64,000 nt of DNA from Candidatus Latescibacterota bacterium (GCA_965208105.1 OZ242318.1:501731-565730); one strand, 5' to 3'. Counted from the first letter of the stretch, positions 9,082-18,196 are shown. Notes: a model not told the origin generated them from the letters alone. Numbers and translations: made by a program.

Positions 9082-10311
9082 CTACCAGGCCAGCTCAAGA
9101 TATGTGACGATGCGCTGCTGATTCCACCCCAAAGTTGTAGCCTGTTCGACGGCCCAATGGATGGTCTTACTGAGCGTTTCCCGCGACACGGCTCGACAGG
9201 CTTGGCCGATGGTCGTCAGCACACCATGTGGCCAGTCACGCGCACGGCCCTGCCCCATTTGGGCTATGAGGAGACTGTGCGCCAGCATCGCCAGATACAG
9301 GTGCCGGGTCTGGCCCTTGGCGCTGCGTAGCTGACAGTCTCCCATGCCCAGATGTTGCTTGCCGTCCCGGTGAAAGGTCTCCGTGCCCGTCCAGCGTTTG
9401 CGGTAGACGTTCAATATACGGCTGATCTCCCAATACACCCGGTTGGTCACCAGGTACTTGACCGGCTTCCTGCCGTTCTTGCGATCCCACAGAATCACCA
9501 GGCGGACGGGGTGATCGAGGTGGGGAAGACGCACGGTTCGGGTGTAATACCACTGTTTGCGATCGCCGATGTCGACCCGTTTGCGCTCCTCGGGGGCGAC
9601 CCCGGCGGCCCACTCGACCGCCTTCATCTCACCGCCCTTGAAACGCACCTTGCGGTTGCTCTTCAAATCCCCCACGTAGCCGCGCGTATGGCCTTGGATA
9701 TGGTTGAGACTCTCGGCACTGGTGAAGTAGCAGTCAAAGGCGAAATCCCCGGGAATCTCTCGCTCCACCACCCCGTCCACCAACTCCTTGAACAGGTCCG
9801 TGTGATTCTTGAAGGGCTCGGCCGACTCGCCTTCGACGCCCTCTTCCCGCTTGCGAAAACGACGAAACTCCAAAGGATAATGTTTCCCCGACGAACACAC
9901 GTAGTTGGCGATCACGTAGTCGTGCGCAATCAGATGGCGCCCCTCGGCATGGTCCCAGAACCAACCCGCGCCCTCGATCATCTCCCCGCTATGGCCGACC
10001 AGGGTGTTGTCGATGGCGATCACCCCCCGCGCTGAATAGCGGGTCGAAGAATGACCCTGCAGCCAGGCCAAACGATGTTCGTTGAGTTGTTCCACGTCCC
10101 ACGGCACCTGGGTGATCCAACGGTTCAGGCAGGATTGATCCGTGGTCTGGGCAAACTCGGCGTTGATCGCCGAAACGTTCTTGCGCTCGGCGACCATCAG
10201 CCCGGTCAGATACTCGGCAAAATGCCAGCGCTCCGGGGTGTTGGCGAACATCCAGCCGAATTCGTCCACGGTTTTCTCGACTATCGTAGGAAAAGAAATA
10301 ATACCCGGCAT
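9082..10311 (-). CDS. IS701-family (IS4-like DDE) transposase
   Basis: 409 aa. The C-terminal region YLVTNRVYWEISRILNVYRKRWTGTETFHRDGKQHLGMGDCQLRSAKGQTRHLYLAMLAHSLL matches the conserved DDE/RW..E.F..K...G pattern of IS701/IS4-type transposases as I recall it. Confidence 0.8.
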   Translation of the reverse strand: MPGIISFPTIVEKTVDEFGWMFANTPERWHFAEYLTGLMVAERKNVSAINAEFAQTTDQSCLNRWITQVPWDVEQLNEHRLAWLQGHSSTRYSARGVIAIDNTLVGHSGEMIEGAGWFWDHAEGRHLIAHDYVIANYVCSSGKHYPLEFRRFRKREEGVEGESAEPFKNHTDLFKELVDGVVEREIPGDFAFDCYFTSAESLNHIQGHTRGYVGDLKSNRKVRFKGGEMKAVEWAAGVAPEERKRVDIGDRKQWYYTRTVRLPHLDHPVRLVILWDRKNGRKPVKYLVTNRVYWEISRILNVYRKRWTGTETFHRDGKQHLGMGDCQLRSAKGQTRHLYLAMLAHSLLIAQMGQGRARDWPHGVLTTIGQACRAVSRETLSKTIHWAVEQATTLGWNQQRIVTYLELAW

Positions 10312-10425
10312 GAACCCCTCTCACAGCGTCAGGGGACGTGCAAGGCGGGGGAGACCTTGCCTCGCCAATATACTCAGGTGGGCGACATATCTGCTACCGA
10401 AAACCTGGACTCATCAGCGGGAAAT

Positions 10426-10448
10426 CCTCATTTTGCAAAAGTCCAGTA
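10426..10448. repeat. IS right terminal inverted repeat
   Basis: See IS entry. Confidence 0.6.
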
Positions 10449-10676
10449 GTTCATGCAAATTCACCGCTGCTTGCGGTGGAAAGATTACCTCTACTTCTTT
10501 GATACCTCTTCATCTTTCCATATATTGGATATTAATAGTTAGTTTTGTGGCCCAAAGCAACGCTGGTCGAAACGGCAAAGGGCAACCGACCAGGGCAGAG
10601 CACCATAGGGTCATTTCCAAGCTGATGTGGCCCTGTCTCTCCTAGTTCTATATCCCAGGAAAGGAGTGAGTTTAAA

Positions 10677-11822
10677 TTGGAGCGGTCGCACTACGCCGAA
10701 GAAAAACCCGGGAGAAGACGACCCGCGCGTTTGGCTTCCCCGCAAGCAAAACAGGGAAAAAACAGGGAGGAAGGGACGCTCTATCGCGACCTCTTTGAAG
10801 AATCCCACGAGGCCCTCATCATCACCGAGCGAGACGGGAAAATCGTCGATGCCAATAACGCTGCCAGCGCTCTGTTTGGCTACGCACGCGCCGAGCTGGT
10901 GGGCATGAATATCCGCTTCGTCTACTTGAACGCGGAAGACCGAGAGCGCTTTCAGGAAAAGGTCGAGAAGCAGGGATTTGTGCGCGATTTTGAACTGGCT
11001 TTTCACACCAGCAATGGACGTCGACTCGACTGCTTGGTGACGACCACCGTGCGGCGAGCTACAGACGGTACCGTAGCAGGCTATCAGGGCATCATCTTCG
11101 ACATTTCCGAGCGCAAGCGCATGGAAAAAAAACTGCACAAGTATCAGCGAAAGCTCCAGTCGTTAACGGTAGAACTTTCCAGAAACGCAGAGCATGAACG
11201 GCGGTGTCTTGCCGATAACCTCCACGATGGCCTCGGGCAGGACTTGGTGCTGGCGCAGTTAAAGCTCGAAACCCTGCGGCATGCCAACGATAGTGATCAC
11301 AAGGCTCTGATCGCCGATCTGCAGGCTGTGCTCGACCGGATGAGTCTCTACCTCCGCTCCGTGACCTTTGATCTCACCCCCCCCATGCTCCACGACCTAG
11401 GGCTCATACCGGCCCTGGAGTGGCTCAGTGAACATATCGAGCAGGACTACGGATTGAAGGTGGAACTAAAAACCAATGGCGACTGCGAAGTCCCTGATCA
11501 AAATACACGTGACCTGACGTTCAGATGCATTCGCGAGTTGTTACACAATGCCGCACGGCACGCCAATACGGATCTGGCCACAGTGTCGTTGTGTCCTGGC
11601 TCGACGCATTTGCAGGTGCTGGTAGAGGACACCGGACAGGGCTTTGACCTTGTGCAGTTGGACCCTGAGAAGGATAATTCTCATTTCGGCCTGTTCAGCA
11701 TTCGCGAGCACCTGACCTATATCGGTGGCCATTTCGCCATCGAGTCGAGCTTGGGACAAGGCACGAGTTGTCTGCTGACAATTCCGTTTTCCCTCTCCGG
11801 CCAAGAGGATAATTCCCAATGA
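10677..11822 (+). CDS. PAS-domain sensor histidine kinase (HisKA_3 / NarX-type, cytoplasmic)
   Basis: PAS region: YRDLFEESHEALIITERDGKIVDANNAASALFGY...GIIFDISERKRME. H-box: ERRCLADNLHDGLGQDL. HATPase_c: LHNAARHANT...VEDTGQGF...GGHFAIESSLGQGTSCLLTIPF. TTG start 9 nt after AGGAGTG. The stop overlaps the RR start (ATGA). Confidence 0.85.
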   Translation: MERSHYAEEKPGRRRPARLASPQAKQGKNREEGTLYRDLFEESHEALIITERDGKIVDANNAASALFGYARAELVGMNIRFVYLNAEDRERFQEKVEKQGFVRDFELAFHTSNGRRLDCLVTTTVRRATDGTVAGYQGIIFDISERKRMEKKLHKYQRKLQSLTVELSRNAEHERRCLADNLHDGLGQDLVLAQLKLETLRHANDSDHKALIADLQAVLDRMSLYLRSVTFDLTPPMLHDLGLIPALEWLSEHIEQDYGLKVELKTNGDCEVPDQNTRDLTFRCIRELLHNAARHANTDLATVSLCPGSTHLQVLVEDTGQGFDLVQLDPEKDNSHFGLFSIREHLTYIGGHFAIESSLGQGTSCLLTIPFSLSGQEDNSQ

Positions 11823-12466
11823 CTTCGCGTGTTCTTCTGGTGGACGATCACCAGATAGTGCGTCAGGGGCTGCGCTTGCTGCTCGAAAGAGAAAGCGATA
11901 TCGAGATGGTCACCGAGGCCGGAGACGGCCAGACGGCCATCAACTTGGTCCTGGCCTCTCCACCTGACCTTGTGGTCATGGATATCGGCATGCCCGGCTT
12001 GAACGGCGTCGAGGCCACGCGCCAGATTCGAGCCAAGAACCCCCAGGTGCAAGTAATAGCCCTGTCGATACACGCCGACAAGCGCTTTGTGGCCGCCATG
12101 CTGCAGGCGGGGGCCTCGGGCTTTTTGCTAAAAACGGAGGCCGCCCGCGATCTGGTGGAAGCGATCCGGACGGTAATGGCCGGCCACAAGTACCTGAGCC
12201 CGCGATTGATTGATCCCCTCGTTGACGATTACGTGGAGCACCTCGTCGACCAAGGCGACCCATCCCTCCTGACCGCACGCGAGCGCGAGGTGTTGCAGCT
12301 CATCGCCGAAGGAAAGACAACGGCGCAAATAGCCAATCAACTCATGGTAAGCGAGAAAACCGCCGCCACTCATCGCCAGCATATCATGGAAAAGCTCAAC
12401 CTGCATAATGTGGCCGAGTTGACCAAATACGCGATCAAAGAAGGGCTCACTGGACTGGATGAGTGA
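11819..12466 (+). CDS. LuxR/NarL-family response regulator (REC + HTH)
   Basis: REC: VLLVDDHQIVRQGLRLLLE...DLVVMDIGMPGLNG. LuxR HTH: LTAREREVLQLIAEGKTTAQIANQLMVSEKTAATHRQHIMEKLN. Confidence 0.9.
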   Translation: MTSRVLLVDDHQIVRQGLRLLLERESDIEMVTEAGDGQTAINLVLASPPDLVVMDIGMPGLNGVEATRQIRAKNPQVQVIALSIHADKRFVAAMLQAGASGFLLKTEAARDLVEAIRTVMAGHKYLSPRLIDPLVDDYVEHLVDQGDPSLLTAREREVLQLIAEGKTTAQIANQLMVSEKTAATHRQHIMEKLNLHNVAELTKYAIKEGLTGLDE

Positions 12467-12677
12467 TCCTTTGGGCTGGGTGGCCGCTTCGCTTCGTCCA
12501 ACCAGGTGTCCTTGAACTATTACCTCCTCGACCTCGCCGGCAAGATACGGTAAATCCGTCGGCGCAAAAGACGGTCCTTGCTCTTGGAAGGATGGGCAGG
12601 TGTGATCGCGCAATTGAAAACATGCCCCATTGGCTTCCTGCTCTTAGCTATTGACGCTCTTTGAGGAGGCCTGAGAA

Positions 12678-14021
12678 ATGTTCAAAAATGCACACTGGCT
12701 ATGGAGGATCGGAGCACTTTGTATCTCCAGCGTCCAGGCTGAAGAGGCTGCCAAGCTCGACTTGGACTACTGCCTTGAAGCGGCCATGGAGCACAACCGC
12801 GAGTTGATTCAGGCGCGCGGAAAAATCCGCCAAGAAGAGAGCAATGGAGTCATGGTCCACTCCCGCTTCATGCCCAGTCTGGACCTGAGATCCAACTACA
12901 ATGCCAGCCGCACGGAAGCGCAGGGAAAGACCGAAGATCATGTCGCCAGCCATCTGCGTTTTTCCCAACGCCTCTTCGAATTTGGCCCCGAATTAGCCCA
13001 TGACGTGCAGCAGCGCGAGAACCTGCGCAAAGCTATCTATGCCTACCAAGACCAGGTCTACCGGGTGCTTTCCCAGGTGTGGCAAACCTTTCATTTAATC
13101 CTGCTGCAGGAGCGTCAGATCGCCACTCGCCACCGGTCTCGCCAGGACTTTCAAGAGGATTACGAGCGCAAGCAAGCCCGTTTCGAGCGCCGCCTCGCCG
13201 GCGAAGAAGAGGTGCTCAGCGCCTATCTCAACGTCCTCAACGAGGAGTTGGCCATCAACAATCTGGAGCGCGAGCAGTTCAACGACGAGATGACCCTGCT
13301 GCGCCTCATCGGCCAGCCCATCGGCCTCCACCTGCGGCTTTCGAGCGCGCATGTGAATTTCACCCTGGAGCCGGAGCAGGCCGTGAAGCTAGCTCTCGAA
13401 AACAGCGTGCCAATCGCTTTGGCCGCTTGGCGCCTTGAGGAGCAGCAGCGCATTCTGCGCGAGATCGACTGGGAGTACAGCCCGGATCTGTCCTTTGGCA
13501 CCGGCGTGGAGGACGGTCGGCGCAATGCCAAGGTGAGCCTCGACAGAGACGGCGGGACCTGGGGAATGGATCTGTCTTCGGAACTCCAACTCCGCGAGGA
13601 GCAGCCGGAGGACCCGGCATTCAGCGACGAGACCCGCTGGTTCGCACAAGTCGAGGCGCGCATCCCCATCTTTGAAGGAGGCTTGCGTCTGGGTCTGGAG
13701 CGCCGTGAGAAAGCGCGCTTGCACCAGATCGAAGTCGAGTTGGGCGACCTACGCGCCAGCGCCGAGCTGCAGGTGCGCCAGGCCTACCAGTCCATGCTCG
13801 AGGCCGAGGGCCGCCAGCGCATCCAACAGGAACGAGTGCGCATTGCCCGCCGCCGCCTGGAGATCAACCAGATTCTCATGGACAAAGGCCAAGCCGACGA
13901 GAGCAAACTGGAGCAGCTCCGCAGCCAGTTCTTCCAGGCTCAGGACGTGCTTTTTCAGAACCAGGTAACTTACATCATCCAGCAGGCCACCTTGCGCCGC
14001 TTCATGGGATATTTTAAGTGA
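12678..14021 (+). CDS. TolC-like outer-membrane efflux protein (OEP family)
   Basis: 447 aa. The N-terminal LDLDYCLEAAMEHNRELIQARGKIRQEE and a second-half repeat with LRLGLERREKARLHQIEVELGDLRASAELQVRQAYQSMLEAE are typical of the two OEP repeats. The stop overlaps the next gene start (14018-14021). Confidence 0.8.
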   Translation: MFKNAHWLWRIGALCISSVQAEEAAKLDLDYCLEAAMEHNRELIQARGKIRQEESNGVMVHSRFMPSLDLRSNYNASRTEAQGKTEDHVASHLRFSQRLFEFGPELAHDVQQRENLRKAIYAYQDQVYRVLSQVWQTFHLILLQERQIATRHRSRQDFQEDYERKQARFERRLAGEEEVLSAYLNVLNEELAINNLEREQFNDEMTLLRLIGQPIGLHLRLSSAHVNFTLEPEQAVKLALENSVPIALAAWRLEEQQRILREIDWEYSPDLSFGTGVEDGRRNAKVSLDRDGGTWGMDLSSELQLREEQPEDPAFSDETRWFAQVEARIPIFEGGLRLGLERREKARLHQIEVELGDLRASAELQVRQAYQSMLEAEGRQRIQQERVRIARRRLEINQILMDKGQADESKLEQLRSQFFQAQDVLFQNQVTYIIQQATLRRFMGYFK

Positions 14022-15532
14022 AATCCTGGTTCCTCTTTATTTTTTCCGGCCTTACCGTCTTCGCTCCGGCCCATGCCGCTGAACAGGGCCTGACAAAAGA
14101 GCAGCAACTCAGCAAGCTCCGTCTCCAGGAGCGTCTCCTATCGCTCGAGGAGCGCCGAACCCGCCTCCAGACTCACAGAGAGGAACTGGACGCCACCCGC
14201 GAACTCTTCGACCAAGGCTTCATCGCTCCGCAGAAATTCAAGCAGACCCAAAACCATTACGAACGGGCGCGCTTGGACCACGAGCGGGCCGAGATCCTGC
14301 TCGAAGAGGCCAAACTAGACTTGCTGAAGACGGCCACCCACATCATTGTGGCCGAGGCGCGCAAGTACAAAACCGAAGACGGCAAGATCATGGTGGACAT
14401 TACTCTGGAGAACGCCTCGGATATCCGCGATGCTCTGTTAGTAGACGCAGCCCTTACCGAGGAGGAGGTGCGCATTCTGCTCAAGGTAGAGAATATCTTC
14501 GTCTCCCTGCGTAACGGCCCCATCGTCGGCGAGCCCTACGAGATCCGCGTTCCCGCCCTCGCCGTGGGCGAGCGCCGCCAACTCACCTACCGCCTCCTCA
14601 GTGATAAAAACGCCGTCATCGTCGGCCTCAGCTACTTGGACATCAAGGACGAAAAGCCCGTCATCCTCAAAAAGGGAAGCCAGCAGGAACTGCCCAGCAT
14701 CAACTCGGCCCAGTTCTCGCAGGAAGGCGAATTGAACCAGAAGGTCCACTTTGGGCTCACCCTGCAGCGCCTGGCCGAGGAGGAGCGCAATTTTGCCTTG
14801 GCCGTGGTAGGCTTGCCGCAGCGCATCAACTACGCCTTTGTCAATCGGGGTGCCAAAGTGAACCAGGTCAAATTCGACGAAAACATTTCGGAGGTCGACC
14901 TGGCCCTGGAACTGGAAATTCCCGAGAAGCTGAACGGCCGCTTCATCGGGATCACCCGGACTTTCTTCGCTCTCGTCATTCAGCCTGGAGAGTACGCCCG
15001 CATCAACGCCCTCAAGGCCCGTTACGGCGATGCTCCCCTGCCCGAAAAGGAGGTCAAAGAACTCAAGGCCAACTACGTCAAGCTGGAGTTGGTTCCCGTG
15101 GGCATCGGCAAGCTCGAAGTTCTGATCTCCAACCGCTACCAGGAAATCCAGGCAGGAGAAGGCCTGCAGATCCAGGTCGAGTTTCTCAACCGCGGCACCG
15201 CGGCTGTACAGAACATCAAGGCCGAACTCGACCTGCCCTACGAGTGGGACAGCAGGGTGGAGCCCGCGCTCGTCAAGCTGCTCCAGCCAGGCGAAAGCAC
15301 TCCGGTGCAGATCTGGGCGCGGCCTCCAGAGCACATCGCCGTGGGCGACTACGAAGTGGGATTGGAGGCTCAGGGCCAGGTGGGCACCGAGAATATCGAG
15401 TCTTTGGAGAAGAACATTACCATCCGCATCAGCGCCCGCTCGAATATTACCGGCAATGCCATCCTCATCGGCGTCCTCGTCCTGCTGGTTCTGGGCATTG
15501 GCGTGGCCAGTATAAAAATCAGCCGCAAATAG
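14018..15532 (+). CDS. secreted coiled-coil + NEW3/CARDB-like beta-sandwich protein with C-terminal TM anchor (paralog 1)
   Basis: Signal peptide MKSWFLFIFSGLTVFAPAHAAEQ. About 100 aa heptad-rich region (LDATRELFDQGFIAPQKFKQTQNHYERARLDHERAEILLEEAKLDLLK). C-terminal NEW3-like segment (LQIQVEFLNRGTAAVQNIKAELDLPYEWDSRVEP...GDYEVGLEAQG). TM tail NAILIGVLVLLVLGIGVASIKISRK. Confidence 0.75.
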   Translation: MKSWFLFIFSGLTVFAPAHAAEQGLTKEQQLSKLRLQERLLSLEERRTRLQTHREELDATRELFDQGFIAPQKFKQTQNHYERARLDHERAEILLEEAKLDLLKTATHIIVAEARKYKTEDGKIMVDITLENASDIRDALLVDAALTEEEVRILLKVENIFVSLRNGPIVGEPYEIRVPALAVGERRQLTYRLLSDKNAVIVGLSYLDIKDEKPVILKKGSQQELPSINSAQFSQEGELNQKVHFGLTLQRLAEEERNFALAVVGLPQRINYAFVNRGAKVNQVKFDENISEVDLALELEIPEKLNGRFIGITRTFFALVIQPGEYARINALKARYGDAPLPEKEVKELKANYVKLELVPVGIGKLEVLISNRYQEIQAGEGLQIQVEFLNRGTAAVQNIKAELDLPYEWDSRVEPALVKLLQPGESTPVQIWARPPEHIAVGDYEVGLEAQGQVGTENIESLEKNITIRISARSNITGNAILIGVLVLLVLGIGVASIKISRK

Positions 15533-15534
15533 AT

Positions 15535-17067
15535 ATGGCTTTCTTCTACCTTGCCATTGCCGCCGCTCTCCTGCTCTTCACTCCGCCGGCTACGGCCGCC
15601 AAGGATCTACGCACCAAGGAGCAGCGCCTTTACGATATTCAGCTACGCAACGCCCAGTGGCAGATAGACAAGGCGCGGCTCGACATGGAAATCAAGCGGA
15701 GCGATTACGATGAGATCCAGGAACTCTTCGACCAGAAGATCAGTACCCTGGAGGCACTCAACGAGGCGCGACGCCACTACCAGCAAGCCAAGCTCAAATA
15801 CGATCAGGCCGTGATCAACCTCGAGTCGAGACGCCTCTCCTTTCTCAGGGACGCCACCCACATCTCGATTGTCGAGGCCAAGAAGTACCGCACCCCTGAG
15901 GGTTACCGCCAGGTGGAGATCACCTTGGAGAATGCCTCTAACCTCAACCAGGCCGCCTCGCTCAATCCCGACAAGAGCCTGGACGAGGTGAAGGCTCTGC
16001 TCGAAATCCAGAATGTCCGGATATCCGTGCGCCAGAACAATGACCTGATCATCGGCGACCCCTACGAGATTCTCGTACCCTCCTTCAGACTAGGCGAGCG
16101 CAAAAACCTGGTCTTTCGTTTGCTCAATGACTTGGACGATGTGAATATATCTTTGATCCTGCGCGACAACCAGCGGGAAGACTTCAGGATTGTGCTGCGT
16201 AAGGAGTCTCCCCAGGATATCCCCACCATTAATTCCGTGCAGTTTTCCCAAGAGGGCAACCTCAACTCCCGGGTCCACTACGACCTCATCTTGGAGCGTC
16301 TGGCCGAAGACGAGAAGACCTTTCACTTGAACGTCATCAACCTACCGCGCGAGATCGACTTCGCCTTTCTCGACAAGGCCACCAACGCCAGCCTCACCCA
16401 GGTGAAGTTCAGCGAAGAGGTCACCCGTCAGCAACTCGAACTCGAGATCCAGATCCCCGAAAAACTCAGCCGGCACTACGTTGACCAGACTATCGAGTTC
16501 TACGTCTTTGCCACCGACCAGGAAGGCTTCCAGCAGGTCAGCCAGTTGAACCGCAAGTACGGCGTCAAACGCATGGAATTGGAGGACATCAACTCCATCA
16601 AGGGGAACAAGGAGCGCTTTGAATTGATTCCCCGGGGACAAGGCGCCCTGGAGACGATCATCGCCAACCGCTACCAGGAGATCAGGGTGGGCGAAGAGGT
16701 CACCGTGCGACTCGACCTGCTCAATACGGGGACCCTTGAGGTCGAGGCGGCGCACTTGATTTTGACCCCCCCGTTGGGGTGGAGCCGTGAGGTCGCGCCC
16801 GATACCATCGCCCGCATCATCCCCGGCGAGAAAGAGCCCGTCAATATCATTCTCTCCCCCCCAGCCGAAATAGATGTAGGCGAGTACGGCGTCCGGGTGG
16901 AGGCGGCTGGCTACGTGGGCAGCGAGAAGGTCGAGGCCGAGGAAAAGGACATCACCATCCGGGTCGAGGCGCGCGCGCGTATCGTGCGCAATGCCCTCAT
17001 CGTCGTCGCGGTAATCGCCTTGGTGGTGAGCGTGGCTGTCTGGAGCATCAAGGTCAGCCGCCGATAA
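15535..17067 (+). CDS. secreted coiled-coil + NEW3/CARDB-like protein with C-terminal TM anchor (paralog 2)
   Basis: ATG at 15535, 3 nt after the previous stop. Signal peptide MAFFYLAIAAALLLFTPPATAAKD. Same domain order as 14018..15532 (VTVRLDLLNTGTLEVEAAHLILTPPLGWSREVAP...GEYGVRVEAAG; TM tail NALIVVAVIALVVSVAVWSIKVSRR). The track ORF start at 15244 runs through the upstream gene. Confidence 0.75.
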   Translation: MAFFYLAIAAALLLFTPPATAAKDLRTKEQRLYDIQLRNAQWQIDKARLDMEIKRSDYDEIQELFDQKISTLEALNEARRHYQQAKLKYDQAVINLESRRLSFLRDATHISIVEAKKYRTPEGYRQVEITLENASNLNQAASLNPDKSLDEVKALLEIQNVRISVRQNNDLIIGDPYEILVPSFRLGERKNLVFRLLNDLDDVNISLILRDNQREDFRIVLRKESPQDIPTINSVQFSQEGNLNSRVHYDLILERLAEDEKTFHLNVINLPREIDFAFLDKATNASLTQVKFSEEVTRQQLELEIQIPEKLSRHYVDQTIEFYVFATDQEGFQQVSQLNRKYGVKRMELEDINSIKGNKERFELIPRGQGALETIIANRYQEIRVGEEVTVRLDLLNTGTLEVEAAHLILTPPLGWSREVAPDTIARIIPGEKEPVNIILSPPAEIDVGEYGVRVEAAGYVGSEKVEAEEKDITIRVEARARIVRNALIVVAVIALVVSVAVWSIKVSRR

Positions 17068-17072
17068 AGAGA

Positions 17073-17147
17073 AAACCTGCGAAACTCCAAGCGGCCGAAT
17101 TGACCAAGTACGCGATCAAAGAAGGACCCGCTGGACCAGAGAAATAA
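17073..17147 (+). pseudogene. remnant of the 3' end of a LuxR-type response-regulator gene
   Basis: AACCTGCGAAACTCCAAGCGGCCGAATTGACCAAGTACGCGATCAAAGAAGGACCCGCTGGACCAGAGAAATAA aligns with the last ~70 nt of the RR gene at 12395-12466 (...VAELTKYAIKEGLTGLDE versus AELTKYAIKEGPAGPEK). No upstream coding part is present. Confidence 0.7.
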
Positions 17148-17164
17148 CCCCTGGGTCCGGTGCC

Positions 17165-17245
17165 TCTCCGCCGCAAAATCAGCTTTTCTGAAGGCAAAAA
17201 TCAGGTGTTTGCCCGATTGAAAAGCACCGTCTCCGTCTCTAATTT
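17165..17245 (+). promoter_or_regulatory. operator/promoter module copy A (upstream of the ABC ATPase)
   Basis: Palindrome GGCAAA-N9-TTTGCC at 17193-17213. Preceded by AAAATCAG (17175) and AAAATCAG (17197), 22 bp apart. Followed by TTGAAA (17217-17222), a 17-nt spacer and TAATTT (17240-17245). ATG of the next gene at 17290 with GAGGGAGG RBS. Homologous copies at 18685-18763 and 32180-32257. Confidence 0.6.
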
Positions 17246-17289
17246 AATTTGAACGACTCAACAACTTCTTACCCTGAGGGAGGTATATC

Positions 17290-18012
17290 ATGCTTGAAAT
17301 CATCTCCATGTCCAAGCACTACGGCGAGGTGCAGGCGGTCGACGAGCTCAACCTCACCATCCGCCCCGGTGAAATCTTTACTATGCTGGGGGCAAATGGC
17401 GCCGGCAAGACCACTACTCTTATGGTATCCCTTGGCTTTACCGAGCCGACGGCAGGCACGGTGAAGATCTGCGGCGTCGACGTGACCAGGGATCCCTTGG
17501 AGGCCAAAAAACACGTGGCTTACGTGTCAGAAAACGTCATGCTCTACGGCAATTTCACCGCCCGTCAAAACCTGGATTTCTTCGCCAAGTTAGGGGGGCG
17601 CAAGGACGCCACCGACGAAGAGTACGAGCGCATCATGGAGCGGGTGGGTCTGCAGGCGGACGCCTTCAACCGGAGGGTAAAAGGCTTTTCCAAAGGCATG
17701 CGCCAGAAGCTGGGCATCGCCATTGCGATCGTCAAAAACGCCGAGGTCATTTTGCTGGACGAGCCCACTTCAGGGCTGGATCCCCAGTCAGGGACCGAGT
17801 TTTTGCAGCTTTTGACCGAACTCAGGCACGAAGATAAAACCATCTGGATGACCACGCACGATGTCTTCCGCGCCAAGGCCATCGCCGACCGGGTGGGGAT
17901 CATGGTGAAGGGCAAGCTGGTAAAGACCTTTACGCGCGAGGAGTTGGAACGCGAGGATCTGGAGAAGATCTACGTGGAGTATGTCAGCCAGGAGGTGGGA
18001 CAGGCCGCCTGA
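17290..18012 (+). CDS. ABC-2-type transporter ATP-binding protein (no intact cognate permease adjacent)
   Basis: Walker A GANGAGKTT, signature FSKGMRQKLGIA, Walker B ILLDEPTSGLD. 240 aa, single NBD. Confidence 0.9.
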   Translation: MLEIISMSKHYGEVQAVDELNLTIRPGEIFTMLGANGAGKTTTLMVSLGFTEPTAGTVKICGVDVTRDPLEAKKHVAYVSENVMLYGNFTARQNLDFFAKLGGRKDATDEEYERIMERVGLQADAFNRRVKGFSKGMRQKLGIAIAIVKNAEVILLDEPTSGLDPQSGTEFLQLLTELRHEDKTIWMTTHDVFRAKAIADRVGIMVKGKLVKTFTREELEREDLEKIYVEYVSQEVGQAA

Positions 18013-18097
18013 GCACAACTCAGAAGTACTTACTTGTGATCGCCAAAAAAGAGATTGTCCACAATATCCTGAGTTTCAGGTCTGTGGCGATCCATGG
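18009..18097 (+). pseudogene. stub of an ABC-2 permease gene (first ~28 codons only)
   Basis: The frame overlapping the ATPase stop reads (L)STTQKYLLVIAKKEIVHNILSFRSVAIHG. This resembles the N-termini of the intact permeases at 24966/26383/27802 (MFKTILFKEIKGQLGTVTF). It has no ATG (CTG at the position of the usual ATGA overlap). Similarity ends near 18097. Confidence 0.55.
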
Positions 18098-18102
18098 GTT
18101 GC

Positions 18103-18196
18103 CAGTGGCAGTTTCGCGATCGAGTCAACGCCGGGGCAAGGCACGCGCTGCCTGCTGGCGGTTCCATTTTTATATCCAAGCCGGAGGGGACCCTCC
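18103..18196 (+). pseudogene. 3'-terminal remnant of a second sensor-kinase gene
   Basis: Encodes SGSFAIESTPGQGTRCLLAVPF, colinear with the C-terminus GGHFAIESSLGQGTSCLLTIPF of the kinase at 10677..11822. Nothing upstream of the G2 box is present. The reading frame runs into the next ATG without its own stop. Confidence 0.7.

Larger units (their letters stand above)
7070..10448 (-). mobile_element. IS701-like insertion sequence (about 1.41 kb without the intron) interrupted by a group II intron
   Basis: Imperfect terminal inverted repeats match 18/23: 7070-7092 TACTGAACTATTGCAAACTTCGG versus rc of 10426-10448 TACTGGACTTTTGCAAAATGAGG. A single DDE transposase ORF lies between them. 25 nt (7070-7094) plus 1390 nt (9059-10448) gives about 1415 bp. 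No target-site duplication recognised. Confidence 0.6.

Noticed and set aside
7050-10380. First candidate IS ends (CACCGGTGAGTGTATAT versus rc CACCTGAGTATATTGG)
   Set aside because: Only a patchy match. A clearly better inverted repeat (18/23) exists at 7070-7092 and 10426-10448, and it also gives a family-consistent element length.
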